Shown: piece after piece, positions 41,576 to 52,337 of the stretch | Layout: every line of letters starts with the position of its first letter | Numbering within the stretch: the first letter of the stretch is position 1 | Assembly (NCBI GenBank): GCA_977020255.1 | Contig: CDROCS010002357.1 | Span: 1-64,000, forward strand | Origin: Obrimoposthia wandeli | Taxonomy: Eukaryota | Reading direction: 5' to 3' | Length of the DNA: 64,000 nucleotides | The notes under the pieces: model-generated | Seen by the model: the letters and a program-made list of their open reading frames with translations, nothing else | The model's database searches: none | Told to the model about the DNA's origin: nothing | Translations under genes and position numbers: made by a program

Positions 41576-42892
41576 TTGTTGCAAAAAAAAAGAGCCCAAA
41601 CCATTTTAGTCATAGAAGATGAGGAAATAATTAGGGATAGTTTTTGTGACACTCTTGAAGATTTAGGCTATCAAGTCATCGATGCTGCGAATGGACAAAT
41701 AGGTTTAGATGTTGCTTTAGTAAATAAACCCGATCTTATTATAACGGATTTGAGAATGCCGTTAATGGGAGGCATTGAGTTTCTGGAAAAATGCACCCTT
41801 GTATTACCTCATACTCCTATCATTGTTATCTCGGGTGCAGGGTTAATGGGGGACGTTGTTAATGCGCTACATTTAGGTGCTTTTGATTATCTTACAAAGC
41901 CTATTAGGGACCCCGATTTACTCAAGGCTACGGTTTCCAGAGCTTTAGAGCAAGTTCGATTAAGGCAAGAAAATGCTTTATACCAGCAGTCTTTGGAAGA
42001 TTTAGTAGAGCAGCGTACAACAGAGTTAAGTATCATTAATGCTGAATTGGAATTACACCAGCAGGATTTAGAGCACCTAGTAAACAAACGTACTCAAGAA
42101 TTAGAAGAAGTAATTGAAAATCTCAAAAACACGCAACAGCAATTAATTGATTCAGCCAAAATGGCCTCTCTAGGTCGCTTAGTTGCAGGAGTATCACATG
42201 AGTTAAATACTCCACTAGGTATTTGCTTAACATTTATTTCCAGTTTGGGTCAAAAAATAAATAGTTTTGAAAAGGATTTTGTAAAAGGCGTGCTGCGCAG
42301 AGAAGATTTTGAGAATTTTCTATATTCAGCTCAAGAGTCTAGCGCAATCGTGATTAATAATTTAACTCAAGTTTCTGAGTTAGTTAAAAATTTCAAAATG
42401 GTTTCTGTAGATGTAAGCAGTGATATGCGTCGAAAATTTGATTTGGTGAGCTATTTTAACAATGTCATCAATAGCTTAAAACCTGAATTGTTTGACACTC
42501 AAGTATCTATAGTTTTTTCTCCTAAATACCAATATATGATTGATTCATACCCTGGATTATTCTCCCAAATATTAACCAATTTAGTCATGAATTCTGTCAC
42601 GCATGGATTTCCTAAGCATTTTAAAGGTCATATTAAGGTAGAGCTATATTATGAGGAGGATTTATTAGTTATTTCATATAAGGATAATGGTTGTGGTATT
42701 AGTGATGAAGTAAAAGCGAAAATGTATGAGCCTTTTTTCACCACCGCTAGAGGGACAGGTGGCAGTGGTTTAGGTTTAAATATCTTATACAATTTAGTTG
42801 TTAATAATTTATCAGGTAAAGTTGATTGTTATAGTAATATCAATGAAGGTGCAGAGTTTTTGATTAAACTGCCTATGTCAGTTAAAGATTAG
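41576..42892 (+). CDS. hybrid receiver-domain histidine kinase
   Basis: REC with IEDE, DLIITDLRMP, YLTKP; coiled coil; H-box GVSHELNTPLG; DNGCG, FFTT, GSGLGL. Confidence 0.9.
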   Translation: MLQKKRAQTILVIEDEEIIRDSFCDTLEDLGYQVIDAANGQIGLDVALVNKPDLIITDLRMPLMGGIEFLEKCTLVLPHTPIIVISGAGLMGDVVNALHLGAFDYLTKPIRDPDLLKATVSRALEQVRLRQENALYQQSLEDLVEQRTTELSIINAELELHQQDLEHLVNKRTQELEEVIENLKNTQQQLIDSAKMASLGRLVAGVSHELNTPLGICLTFISSLGQKINSFEKDFVKGVLRREDFENFLYSAQESSAIVINNLTQVSELVKNFKMVSVDVSSDMRRKFDLVSYFNNVINSLKPELFDTQVSIVFSPKYQYMIDSYPGLFSQILTNLVMNSVTHGFPKHFKGHIKVELYYEEDLLVISYKDNGCGISDEVKAKMYEPFFTTARGTGGSGLGLNILYNLVVNNLSGKVDCYSNINEGAEFLIKLPMSVKD

Positions 42893-43216
42893 ATTTTTGT
42901 TTATATTATATACATGTTTCATAGAATCTCTTATGTAATGTGATTTATTAAGAGTATACAAAGAAAGTGCTCGTTTAAACCGGCGGGTATTTTTAGAGCA
43001 ATGGCTAATGACTCCTTTGAAACTGAATAAAAATGTTGGATAATCAATTTAGTACTTTATATATAAAACTTGGCTTAACGATTATTTTATCGACTTCATA
43101 CCAGTATGTTCTTCTCATTGATAATCAAACATCGCTTATTCATAAAACAATGAAGACTAACAGTTTTTAAAGTATTGCCATTACCTACATTATTAATTTT
43201 AACTAGGTTAGTTACT

Positions 43217-44824
43217 TTGTCAAAAATAGATTTTTCCAATAAAGATGCGTTAGTAATAGATTCCAGTAGTTTAATGCGCACGACGACAATTACTATGCTA
43301 ACAACGCTAGGTTTTAGGCGCGTTAAAGGGTCAAATACTTCAGCACGTGCTTTAGAGTTAGTTCAGGAAGGCGCTTACGATTTAGTTTTATTAGGGTACT
43401 CTGATCTTGAGCGCTTATCTGGGTTGCAACTACTAGAAGAAGCACGCTTTAAGGAACTTATTAAACCCACTGCTTGTTGGGGGTTTATGACCAACGATAA
43501 CTCACCAGAAGTTGTATTACATGCGATGCAATGCAAACCTGACTTTTTAATTAGTAAACCTTTTAGTATTGGTCAGTTACTAAATCGCTTACAAAGTGTT
43601 TTGTTACAAAAGCAATTAGTAAAACCTATCAATCAAGCGCTAGATAGTGGTAACTTTAGCCGTGCTTTAGAGTTTTGTGACTTTGCAATTGAAAAAAATA
43701 TTTCTACGGTCGCTGTTCAACAAATAAAAGCCGATTTGTTGTTGCTCACACAAAATTATGCTGAAGCGCTGGTTTTATTAAATGAACTAGCCGGTACTGC
43801 TCCAAATAATAGTATTGATTTAAAAGTATGTGAAGCTTTGATTGGTGCGGGTAAAAAGGATGATGCACTTTCAAAGCTTGATGATTTAATTAGCAGTTCG
43901 CCGCTATTAATTAAAGCTTATGATTTAAAAGCGCAGCTTCATGAAGATAAAGGCCAAACTGAAAAATCAGCTAATGTGTTATTTCAAGCGGTAAGCATCA
44001 GCTCACTAGGGATTAACAGAAATCTAAAACTAGGTAAGTTGGCTTTAACAACTGGCAAGTTGGATATGGCGGAAAATGTCTACAAGCGTACCATCCAGTT
44101 GAACAATGGTAGTTGCTTTCGCACACCTGAGCCATATTTCGGTTTAGCAAATATCAGACGTGAAGTATTGAAAAGTAGTGAAGATTCGTTAGATACTGAG
44201 CAACAAATTAAAACTATATTGAGCGAAGCACAAAACAGTTTTCCGGATAATCCTGAGCTAAAAATTCAAGTTGCCTTGTTTAATAGTCAATTACAACAAG
44301 ATTTGAACAATTCAGAAAATGCACAGCAATTTTTAGAGCAAGCAGAGAAAATTATCCTAGATAACAATATCACTGAAAATATAGAGTACTTCAAACATTC
44401 AGCTTTAATGAAGACACCTGATACGATAGCGAATAAAGATGAACTTGCAACTAAACAATCAGTTGTTCAAAACCAACCTGAAATGAGTAATAAAGTAAAT
44501 TTACAAGGTATAAAACAGTACTTAGCAAATAATCGAGCTAAAGCTGTAAAGTATTTCACCATGTCTTTGGAGCTAGATAGTGAAAACGGTTCAGCACTGT
44601 TAAATTTGGCACAAATCTATTTAGAATCTCTACATAATGATAAAGCAGAATATCAGAAATCTCTGAAAATGATTAAAAGGTATTTAGCTTTAGTGGAAAA
44701 TATGGATAAAGATAGCGCACAGCAACAGCGATATGCTGAATTAACGAGGTATTACGCATTTGGTTTAGATAAGGCTAGTATCGTTAATATACCTAATGGG
44801 TCGTTGGGTAGTTTATTAAGATAA
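43217..44824 (+). CDS. atypical receiver domain + TPR-repeat protein
   Basis: REC-like N-terminus (ALVIDSS...DLVLLGY...SKPF) followed by helical TPR-like repeats. TTG start at MSKIDF. Confidence 0.78.
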   Translation: MSKIDFSNKDALVIDSSSLMRTTTITMLTTLGFRRVKGSNTSARALELVQEGAYDLVLLGYSDLERLSGLQLLEEARFKELIKPTACWGFMTNDNSPEVVLHAMQCKPDFLISKPFSIGQLLNRLQSVLLQKQLVKPINQALDSGNFSRALEFCDFAIEKNISTVAVQQIKADLLLLTQNYAEALVLLNELAGTAPNNSIDLKVCEALIGAGKKDDALSKLDDLISSSPLLIKAYDLKAQLHEDKGQTEKSANVLFQAVSISSLGINRNLKLGKLALTTGKLDMAENVYKRTIQLNNGSCFRTPEPYFGLANIRREVLKSSEDSLDTEQQIKTILSEAQNSFPDNPELKIQVALFNSQLQQDLNNSENAQQFLEQAEKIILDNNITENIEYFKHSALMKTPDTIANKDELATKQSVVQNQPEMSNKVNLQGIKQYLANNRAKAVKYFTMSLELDSENGSALLNLAQIYLESLHNDKAEYQKSLKMIKRYLALVENMDKDSAQQQRYAELTRYYAFGLDKASIVNIPNGSLGSLLR

Positions 44825-44941
44825 TATTAAAAATATCACTAAGCTTACTAGATGCTTACCAGATAAGGTAGAAATCGACTAAGCAGCGTAGAATACTGCT
44901 AGTAATATATCGCGCCGGTTTTTTAGAGTTTCTTTTTGATC

Positions 44942-45988
44942 CTACAAGTTGCTTAAGGTCAATACCTTAAAGTGCTTGTCATCGGTGACTATAGTGATAT
45001 TTTTAAAGTAATGCTCGGCTTCCCTGGCTAAAGGGATATGTAAATTAACCACAAATACGGCGATCCCATTGCGTGATAAGCAATCAGCAGTCCCTTTAAG
45101 AAACCGCTTTGTTAGATCATTCTCTACATTAAAACCAGTGTGAAACGGGGGGTTACAAACAATTAAATCAAACTTTTGGTGTATACCTAAAGTACAGTCA
45201 GTGGGAATTACTTGTGGATCTTTTTTGTTCGTAGATAAATTATTTGAGCAAGCAATTATTGCTGCTGCATTGTTATCACAAGCAGTAATTTCACAGTTAA
45301 ACAACCTTGCGCAATGTACGCTTAAATATCCATAGCCACAGCCGATATCTAATACCTTTTCTGGTACGGGTAAGTGCTTATAAACAGAGGGTAGGCACTC
45401 TACGAGTAATTTACTACCCTTATCTATTTTATTCCAACCAAAAACGCCTGGTTTAGAAACAAACTTTACATCAGTATCTGATGGTTTTTCAGAAATTATT
45501 CTAAGCTGTGAATAGTTTTTATCATCCAAAGAAGCGACTAACGATTTAACTTGGCTAAAGCTTGCCCCCCAATGTTGTTTATCAGCCTTGATCAATTCTA
45601 CATTGGGATAGAGTTTAGTTGTCCGCTCTATATAACCTTTAATGCCTTCTTGTTTAGCGCCACTGATGATTAAGTTACCGTCAATCGTCATCATGCTGTG
45701 AGCATTATTGATTATATGATGCGCGAGCGCTTTCTCTTTGGAAATACGATAAAAGATGAACTGATAGCTGTTTGGCAAAAGTTGAGAAAAGTCAAAATCA
45801 CTAAAGTATGTTTTAAAGCCAAGTGCCTGCATACGCTGAACAACATCAAAGCGGTTACTGATAATTTCTATGTTGTCAGTGCTAGGCGGGAAATTTTGTG
45901 GTGGGTTTTCATCTAATATCCACAATGACTTTGCCGTTGCCTTGCTAAAAGATGCAAATAGTAATTCGAAGCTGCTAGTGTTGTTCAT
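44942..45988 (-). CDS. class I SAM methyltransferase, RsmC-like
   Basis: KPGVFGWNKIDKGS, LDIGCGYG, CNPPFH; adjacent to rsuA. Confidence 0.8.
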   Translation of the reverse strand: MNNTSSFELLFASFSKATAKSLWILDENPPQNFPPSTDNIEIISNRFDVVQRMQALGFKTYFSDFDFSQLLPNSYQFIFYRISKEKALAHHIINNAHSMMTIDGNLIISGAKQEGIKGYIERTTKLYPNVELIKADKQHWGASFSQVKSLVASLDDKNYSQLRIISEKPSDTDVKFVSKPGVFGWNKIDKGSKLLVECLPSVYKHLPVPEKVLDIGCGYGYLSVHCARLFNCEITACDNNAAAIIACSNNLSTNKKDPQVIPTDCTLGIHQKFDLIVCNPPFHTGFNVENDLTKRFLKGTADCLSRNGIAVFVVNLHIPLAREAEHYFKNITIVTDDKHFKVLTLSNL

Positions 45989-46001
45989 CTTTTAAACTTG
46001 C

Positions 46002-46697
46002 TCATATTGCTTTTTCAATTTCTGCGCTTGTTAATTCTCGATATTCACCTAAACCTAAACTATCATCAAGGGCTATACCGCCAACTTTATCTCGGTGTAA
46101 GTCGGTCACTTTATTACCTATCGCGGCAAACATTCTCTTCACTTGATGGTACTTACCTTCAGTTAGTGTGAGGTATGCCATATGACTTTCTAGAATTTCT
46201 AGTGTGGCGGCCTTAGTTGGATTCTTTTCATTTTTAAGTAATATACCTTCTGCAAATATATCTATAGCTGAAGCATCTATGGGGTCTGCAGTTTCAACTA
46301 GATAACGCTTAGCCTGTTTGTAATTAGGCGAAGTAATTTTATGCAGCCATTGGCCATCTGTCGTGATTAATAATAATCCGGTGGTATCAACATCTAAACG
46401 CCCGGCAATATTTAGTTCAGCATGTCTAACTTCATCACTGAGTAATCCCGCGATGGTGGGGTGCGTTGGATCGTCATTGGAGCAGACATAGCCTTGGGGC
46501 TTGTTTAACATAAAGTATCTATGGCTTGGGGCTGAAATGCTCTGTTCTTGAAACTCCACACTATCATCTGCGCCTACTTTATAAGCTGCATCTTTAGTAA
46601 TAACGCCATTTATCGTTACATTCTTATTGTGTAAAGCGCGTTTAACTTCTTTACGGGAAAGACCGGTGGCGTGGGCAAGGTATTTATCTAAGCGCAT
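46002..46697 (-). CDS. rsuA: 16S rRNA pseudouridine(516) synthase
   Basis: MRLDKYL, NKPQGYVCS, GRLDVDTTGLLL, EGKYHQVKRM. Confidence 0.93.
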   Translation of the reverse strand: MRLDKYLAHATGLSRKEVKRALHNKNVTINGVITKDAAYKVGADDSVEFQEQSISAPSHRYFMLNKPQGYVCSNDDPTHPTIAGLLSDEVRHAELNIAGRLDVDTTGLLLITTDGQWLHKITSPNYKQAKRYLVETADPIDASAIDIFAEGILLKNEKNPTKAATLEILESHMAYLTLTEGKYHQVKRMFAAIGNKVTDLHRDKVGGIALDDSLGLGEYRELTSAEIEKAI

Positions 46698-46854
46698 GAG
46701 GTGAGGCTCTATCTAAAAAAAAACTATTATCCTCGATTGCGCGCATAGGTGCAAAAGGTGTGAAACTTAATAGGCAATTATGTGATGAAAAATGCTTGAA
46801 GGTTAGATAAATAGATAGAATCTATCATTTGAATGCGTTTTTTGCACGTTGATA

Positions 46855-46881
46855 CCCTAGCACGTTTAAAACGCGCTAGGG
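46855..46881. terminator. hairpin downstream of the thiolase gene
   Basis: CCCTAGC-ACGTTTAAAACGC-GCTAGGG. Confidence 0.5.
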
Positions 46882-46910
46882 ACGATTGTGCAAAGATCTA
46901 GATATGGAGG

Positions 46911-48089
46911 TTATCTTTCAAGTGTTAGCGCAATACCCATGCCACCACCAATGCACAAGGTGGCTAAGCCCTTTTGAGCATTACAGCGTTTCATTTCATG
47001 TAGTAGGGAGACTAAAATACGACACCCCGAGGCGCCAATAGGATGGCCAAGTGCTATGGCTCCACCGTTTACGTTCACTTTAGCTGTATCCCAAGCGAGT
47101 TCTTTGTTGACGCTAAGTGCTTGTGCGGCGAATGCTTCATTTGCTTCAATTAAATCTAGATCAGCAACTTCCCAGCCCGATTTTTTAAGAGCCTTTAATG
47201 ATGCAGAAATAGGGCCGGTTCCCATAATACTTGGATCTACGCCGCTGGCAGCGTAGCCGCGAATAGTCGCGAGTACGGGTAAACCTAATTGCTCGGCTTT
47301 TTGCGCGCTACAGACAACAACGACTGCAGCACCATCATTTAAGGTAGAGCTATTACCGGCAGTAACAGTACCATCTTTTTTAAAGGCGGGGCGTAGTTTT
47401 TTCAAAGCATCAGTGCTGCAACCAAATCTTGGCTGTTCATCTTGCGCAAAGATGATAGGATCACCGCGACGCTGTGCAATGCTAATTGGAATTATTTCAT
47501 CACTAAATTTACCGGCTTTAATTGCAGCTTCTGCTTTGTTCTGCGAATCCGTGGCAAATTGATCTTGTTCTTCACGCGTTAACTGGTATTTATCAACAAT
47601 GTTTTCAGCAGTGATGCCCATATGATAATCGTTAAAAGCATCCCAGAGCCCATCGACAATCATCGTGTCCTTTAAAGCCCAGTCTCCCATTGTTTTACCT
47701 TTGCGAGATTGTGGTAGAACATGAGCGGCTAAACTCATATTCTCTTGCCCGCCGGCAATGATCATGTGCGCGTCACCACAGGCAATGGCTTGAGCTGCCA
47801 TTTGTACCGCTTTGAGACCCGAGCCACACACTTTATTGATGGTTAATGCTTCTACGCTGGTACTTAGCCCAGCTTTTATGGCACTTTGGCGAGCAGGGTT
47901 TTGTCCGCAGCCAGCAGTTAGTACTTGTCCAAGAATAACTTCATCAATATGTTCAGGGGAGATAGCGTGTTTAGCGAGTAAGTCTTTGATTACCGCCGCA
48001 CCAATTTCAGTGGCAGAAGTGGATGATAATGCACCATTAAAAGCGCCAATTGCTGATCGTCCTGCAGCTACAATAACAACATCTTTCAT
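46911..48089 (-). CDS. atoB: acetyl-CoA C-acetyltransferase (biosynthetic thiolase)
   Basis: NKVCGSGL, NEAFAAQ, GGAIALGHPIGASG, LCIGGGMG. Confidence 0.9.
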   Translation of the reverse strand: MKDVVIVAAGRSAIGAFNGALSSTSATEIGAAVIKDLLAKHAISPEHIDEVILGQVLTAGCGQNPARQSAIKAGLSTSVEALTINKVCGSGLKAVQMAAQAIACGDAHMIIAGGQENMSLAAHVLPQSRKGKTMGDWALKDTMIVDGLWDAFNDYHMGITAENIVDKYQLTREEQDQFATDSQNKAEAAIKAGKFSDEIIPISIAQRRGDPIIFAQDEQPRFGCSTDALKKLRPAFKKDGTVTAGNSSTLNDGAAVVVVCSAQKAEQLGLPVLATIRGYAASGVDPSIMGTGPISASLKALKKSGWEVADLDLIEANEAFAAQALSVNKELAWDTAKVNVNGGAIALGHPIGASGCRILVSLLHEMKRCNAQKGLATLCIGGGMGIALTLER

Positions 48090-48331
48090 GACAGTGTCTC
48101 TATTCAAATTTAATTATCTCTATCCTAGCGGGTTTTAAAAAAACAATAAATTGTATTTTTTTATAGCATGGCGAATAAAAACTATTATGAGTGATAGGTA
48201 ACTAGCAAATTGGAATAACTATTGAGAGCAGATCTGATGAAGCACCGGTTTAACGGTGCTCTTTTAAGATGACTATTAGATAAGATGTATATCAGAATAG
48301 AAGTAAGTATAAATCAATTTAGATAGCATGT

Positions 48332-49531
48332 TTAGATAACTATTTGACCTGCTTTTAATACCATGTGGTGGTTATTTCTATCAGCAGCGAATTCGATATC
48401 TATAGAAGGATCTCCATTAACAATTAATAAGTCAGCGGCATATCCCTCTTTAATTAAGCCATGGCTATCAAGGCCCATTAAATCGGCACCATTGAAAGTA
48501 GCTATTTTCAGCACATCTAAATTACTAATACCGATCTCAGCCATATAGCGAAGTTCTAAGGCGTTTTTACCGTGAGTGTTGTGTGGTGTTCCAGCATCAG
48601 TCCCCATCGCAAACTTGCCGCCAGCGTGGTAGAAAGCTTGAATAGATTCTTGATGAGTTTTTGCTATTCGCTTGCATTTTTCTAGCACAAAATCAGGCAC
48701 TTTAGGCCCCGTGGTATCTTCAGGAGTCGCCATTATATTGTGAAGAGCGGCTAAGGTTGGCACTACATAAGTACCAGCATCAAGCATTATATCGATACAT
48801 TCTTGGGTTAGAAATATACCGTGCTCTACGCTATCTATTCCTGCGTGTACGGCATTTAAAATACCTTCTGTTCCCTGCGCATGGCTAGCTGTGCGTTTAT
48901 TGAATCTATGCGCTTCGTGTACGCCACTGGCCATTTCTTCGGCACTGTAATGAGCATCTTCTGGATTAACTCCCGGTGTCATTACCCCGCCAGTAGCCAT
49001 TATTTTTATCATGTCGCAACCTGCGTGAATCTGTTCTCTCACCGCTTTGCGTACTTCTTCGACTCCATCAGCAATTCGACCATGGCTGTTGCCATGCCCT
49101 CCTGTCATACAAATCATTTTTCCTGAGGCGTGAATGGTCGGCCCTTGAAACTCTCCTTTGTTAATCGCATCACGCACACCAAATTCAAGGTAATCTCGGC
49201 CACCGCAATCTCTTACAGAAGTTATGCCGCCTCTTAATGTGGCTTGTGCATTTTTTAGTGCTGTTAAGGTGATCTGTGAAGGCCCCATTTTTTCGCCATC
49301 AGCCTTAGGATCTCCTGATGCGGTGTGACACAGATGAATATGGCAATCAATGATACCGGGCATTAACGTCTTACCCGTAAAGTCATGTTGTAAGCCAGCG
49401 TAAGCTGTAAATTCACTATCATCTGCTATTTTGCTTATTTTTTTATCTGTTATTAATACGCTGTGCACACCTTTAAGCATTTGTGTGCCATCGAAAACTT
49501 GCACATTTCGCAATAGAGTTTGAGCAGTCAT
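48332..49531 (-). CDS. metal-dependent amidohydrolase (Xaa-Pro dipeptidase-like subgroup)
   Basis: PGIIDCHIH, IKIMATGG, SHAQG, VEHG, MGTDAG, GYAADL. Confidence 0.9.
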   Translation of the reverse strand: MTAQTLLRNVQVFDGTQMLKGVHSVLITDKKISKIADDSEFTAYAGLQHDFTGKTLMPGIIDCHIHLCHTASGDPKADGEKMGPSQITLTALKNAQATLRGGITSVRDCGGRDYLEFGVRDAINKGEFQGPTIHASGKMICMTGGHGNSHGRIADGVEEVRKAVREQIHAGCDMIKIMATGGVMTPGVNPEDAHYSAEEMASGVHEAHRFNKRTASHAQGTEGILNAVHAGIDSVEHGIFLTQECIDIMLDAGTYVVPTLAALHNIMATPEDTTGPKVPDFVLEKCKRIAKTHQESIQAFYHAGGKFAMGTDAGTPHNTHGKNALELRYMAEIGISNLDVLKIATFNGADLMGLDSHGLIKEGYAADLLIVNGDPSIDIEFAADRNNHHMVLKAGQIVI

Positions 49532-49691
49532 TCAGTGAGGCTCCTATTCAAAAAATTATTAGATATCAAGTAAATGGTTAGTCAGACATTATTTCTTATT
49601 AAATTGAACTCTTTCAAGCTCTATTCCTTTAGTAACCGCTAAAGGGATAAGTGTTTATAAAAACAGTAAGGGTGTTTTTAAGAGATCATTG

Positions 49692-51401
49692 TTAGTTAAT
49701 AGCAGCTATCCTCGGCATTAAACTTAATAAATGTTTGGAGTATTCATGCTGAGGGTTTTCGAAAAGTTCTTCCGAGAGTGATAGCTCTAATATTTGACCG
49801 TATTGCATAACCGCCACAGTGTCACACATTTGACGAATGACCGGTAAATCATGAGAGATGAATAACATAGTCAAATTAAGCTCTTGCTGTAAGTCTTTTA
49901 GCAGATTCAAAATTTGCGCTTGAACAGAAACATCTAATGCACTGGTTGGCTCGTCGCAGATTAAAAAACGTGGCCTAGTGGCAAGTGCACGTGCAATGGA
50001 TATTCGTTGGCGCTGTCCACCAGAGAATTGATGTGGATATTTGCTGTATGCATCATCAGACATGCCCACTAACTTCAGTAAATCTAAAACAATTTGCTGT
50101 GCTTCTGATTTACTTTCCGCTAGATTATGAAACAGAATAGGTTCGGCTACAATATCCAATACTTTCATTCTTGAGTTTAGGGAAGAGAAGGGATCTTGGA
50201 AAACCATTTGCATCTGGCGTCGATAAGTGAGCACTTCAGGTGTATGGTTTATTGCGCTAATTTCTTTGCCGAGAAAATTAACTGAGCCAGAATGCGGGTT
50301 GTACAATCCGGTAATCATGCGGGCAATAGTTGATTTACCGCTGCCGCTCTCGCCGACGATGCCAAAAGTTTCACCTTCTTTAATCGAAAAGTTAACATCT
50401 TTAACAGCGTCTAAAAATGTACGTTTACTTTTAAAGAGTGAGTTGTTGGTTTGAAAGCGCATGCAGAGGTCTTTAACCTGCAAAATGGTGCCGTCCGCAG
50501 CAGTTTGCATTGAAAAATCTCTAGATTGACCTAACCAATGGCTACTAATATCAAAAGGCTCTTGGTTCTCAACAACATCTTCAATGTAAGTTACCAAAGG
50601 AAAACGCTCAATTCTTTTATCTGGGCGTGGAATCGCACTAATTAAGCTCTTAGTGTAATCGTGTTTAGGTGCTTGTAGTATCTGTTTTGTCTCACCGATT
50701 TCCATCAATTTACTGTTATACATAACAGCAACCCTGTCAGTTACTTCTGCGATAACACCCATATCATGAGTGACTAAGATCATACCTACGTTGGTCTGGA
50801 CACATAATTTACGCATTAAATCTAAAATTTGCTTTTGTACTGAAACATCTAAAGCAGTCGTTGGTTCGTCAGCGATAATCAAATCAGGCTCGCCGCAAAG
50901 TGCTAAAGCAATAACGACACGCTGGCGCATTCCACCTGAGAACTGGTGAGGATAATGATTAATGCGTAGAGCAGGGTCAGGTATTCCAACTTGCTCTAGT
51001 AGTTCAATCGCTCTTTTTTGTGATCCTTTTCTGCCTAGTTGTAAATGTAAATCTATCGTTTCGACTAGCTGCTGCTTAATGGTTTTTAGCGGATCCAACG
51101 AGGTTTGCGGATCTTGGAAGATCATGCCGATTTTCTTGCCTCGTAATCGTCTTTTCTCTTCAGGATCTAAGTTATCAATGCGTGAACCGTTAAACCAGAC
51201 TTCACCTGCTATAACTTCTCCAGGGGGTTCTAATAACGAAATAATTGCGTTACCTATGGTTGATTTACCGGCACCACTTTCACCCACTACCCCAAGTATT
51301 TCACCAGGATTAACACTTAAACTTACATCCTCAACTGCCACAAACATACCGTGTCGACTTGGAAAACCAATAGAGATGTTTTTTGCTTCTAATAAAGTCA
51401 T
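49692..51401 (-). CDS. peptide/nickel ABC transporter fused double ATPase
   Basis: Two Walker A motifs (GESGAGKST, GESGSGKST) and two signature motifs (SGGMRQR, SGGQRQR). Confidence 0.93.
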   Translation of the reverse strand: MTLLEAKNISIGFPSRHGMFVAVEDVSLSVNPGEILGVVGESGAGKSTIGNAIISLLEPPGEVIAGEVWFNGSRIDNLDPEEKRRLRGKKIGMIFQDPQTSLDPLKTIKQQLVETIDLHLQLGRKGSQKRAIELLEQVGIPDPALRINHYPHQFSGGMRQRVVIALALCGEPDLIIADEPTTALDVSVQKQILDLMRKLCVQTNVGMILVTHDMGVIAEVTDRVAVMYNSKLMEIGETKQILQAPKHDYTKSLISAIPRPDKRIERFPLVTYIEDVVENQEPFDISSHWLGQSRDFSMQTAADGTILQVKDLCMRFQTNNSLFKSKRTFLDAVKDVNFSIKEGETFGIVGESGSGKSTIARMITGLYNPHSGSVNFLGKEISAINHTPEVLTYRRQMQMVFQDPFSSLNSRMKVLDIVAEPILFHNLAESKSEAQQIVLDLLKLVGMSDDAYSKYPHQFSGGQRQRISIARALATRPRFLICDEPTSALDVSVQAQILNLLKDLQQELNLTMLFISHDLPVIRQMCDTVAVMQYGQILELSLSEELFENPQHEYSKHLLSLMPRIAAIN

Positions 51402-51410
51402 TGTTATTCC

Positions 51411-52337
51411 TTAGCGCAATTTAGGATTAAGCGCATCGCGTAGCCAATCGCCGAAAATGTTTACAGAAAGTACTAAAATAACCAGTGCAGCACCTGGAAA
51501 AAGGGTGATCCACCACTCGCCTGATAACAGATATTCGTTACCAATACGAATCAATGTGCCTAGTGAAGGAGTGGTAGGAGACATACCGACACCTAGAAAA
51601 CTAAGGGTTGCTTCAGTGATAATAGCGGATGCTAAATGAATGGTACCTATCACGAAAATTGGATTTAAAACATTAGGCAGAATGTGTCGAACGGCAATAA
51701 TGCTCTGTGGTAAACCGATAACTTGCCCAGCTTGTACGTATTCTTTGTTTTTTTCTACCATCACCGATCCCCGAATAGTACGGGCATATTGCACCCACCC
51801 CGATATAGAAATTGCAAAAATAAGTACGTAAATAGCCAGCTCATCATGTGTTTCTCTAGGCAGTAGCCCACGCATCACACCATCAACTAATAAAGCGATT
51901 AAAATGGCAGGGAAAGAGAGCTGGATATCTGCTACACGCATGATAAAACTATCAATGCGTCCTCCTTTGTAGCCGGCAATTAAGCCCAGCGCGATGCCCA
52001 ATATGGCAGAGATAATAACAGAAGTGAAACCGACGAAAATAGAGATTTGAGCGCCGTATAAAATGCCCGACCAAATATCTCTACCTTGGTCATCTGTACC
52101 TAGCATAAACCGCATATCGCCTTCTTCCCCAGCCCAAGGAGGAGGGAGATCAGCATCCATTAAATCTATACTGGCTAAATCGAAGATATTGAAAGGCGCG
52201 ATGAACTGCGCAAATAATGCTAAAAAAAGACAAGTGACAGTAATAGAAAATGAAACCCAGGCGACGGGTGTGTGCTTAAAGCTATGCCAAAGATCACCTT
52301 CAAAAAACTGTTTAAGTTTGGAGTTATTATTATCCAT
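51411..52337 (-). CDS. peptide ABC permease (DppC-like)
   Basis: LGTDDQGRD, RHILPN, EATLSFLG; overlaps the upstream permease stop. Confidence 0.92.
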   Translation of the reverse strand: MDNNNSKLKQFFEGDLWHSFKHTPVAWVSFSITVTCLFLALFAQFIAPFNIFDLASIDLMDADLPPPWAGEEGDMRFMLGTDDQGRDIWSGILYGAQISIFVGFTSVIISAILGIALGLIAGYKGGRIDSFIMRVADIQLSFPAILIALLVDGVMRGLLPRETHDELAIYVLIFAISISGWVQYARTIRGSVMVEKNKEYVQAGQVIGLPQSIIAVRHILPNVLNPIFVIGTIHLASAIITEATLSFLGVGMSPTTPSLGTLIRIGNEYLLSGEWWITLFPGAALVILVLSVNIFGDWLRDALNPKLR

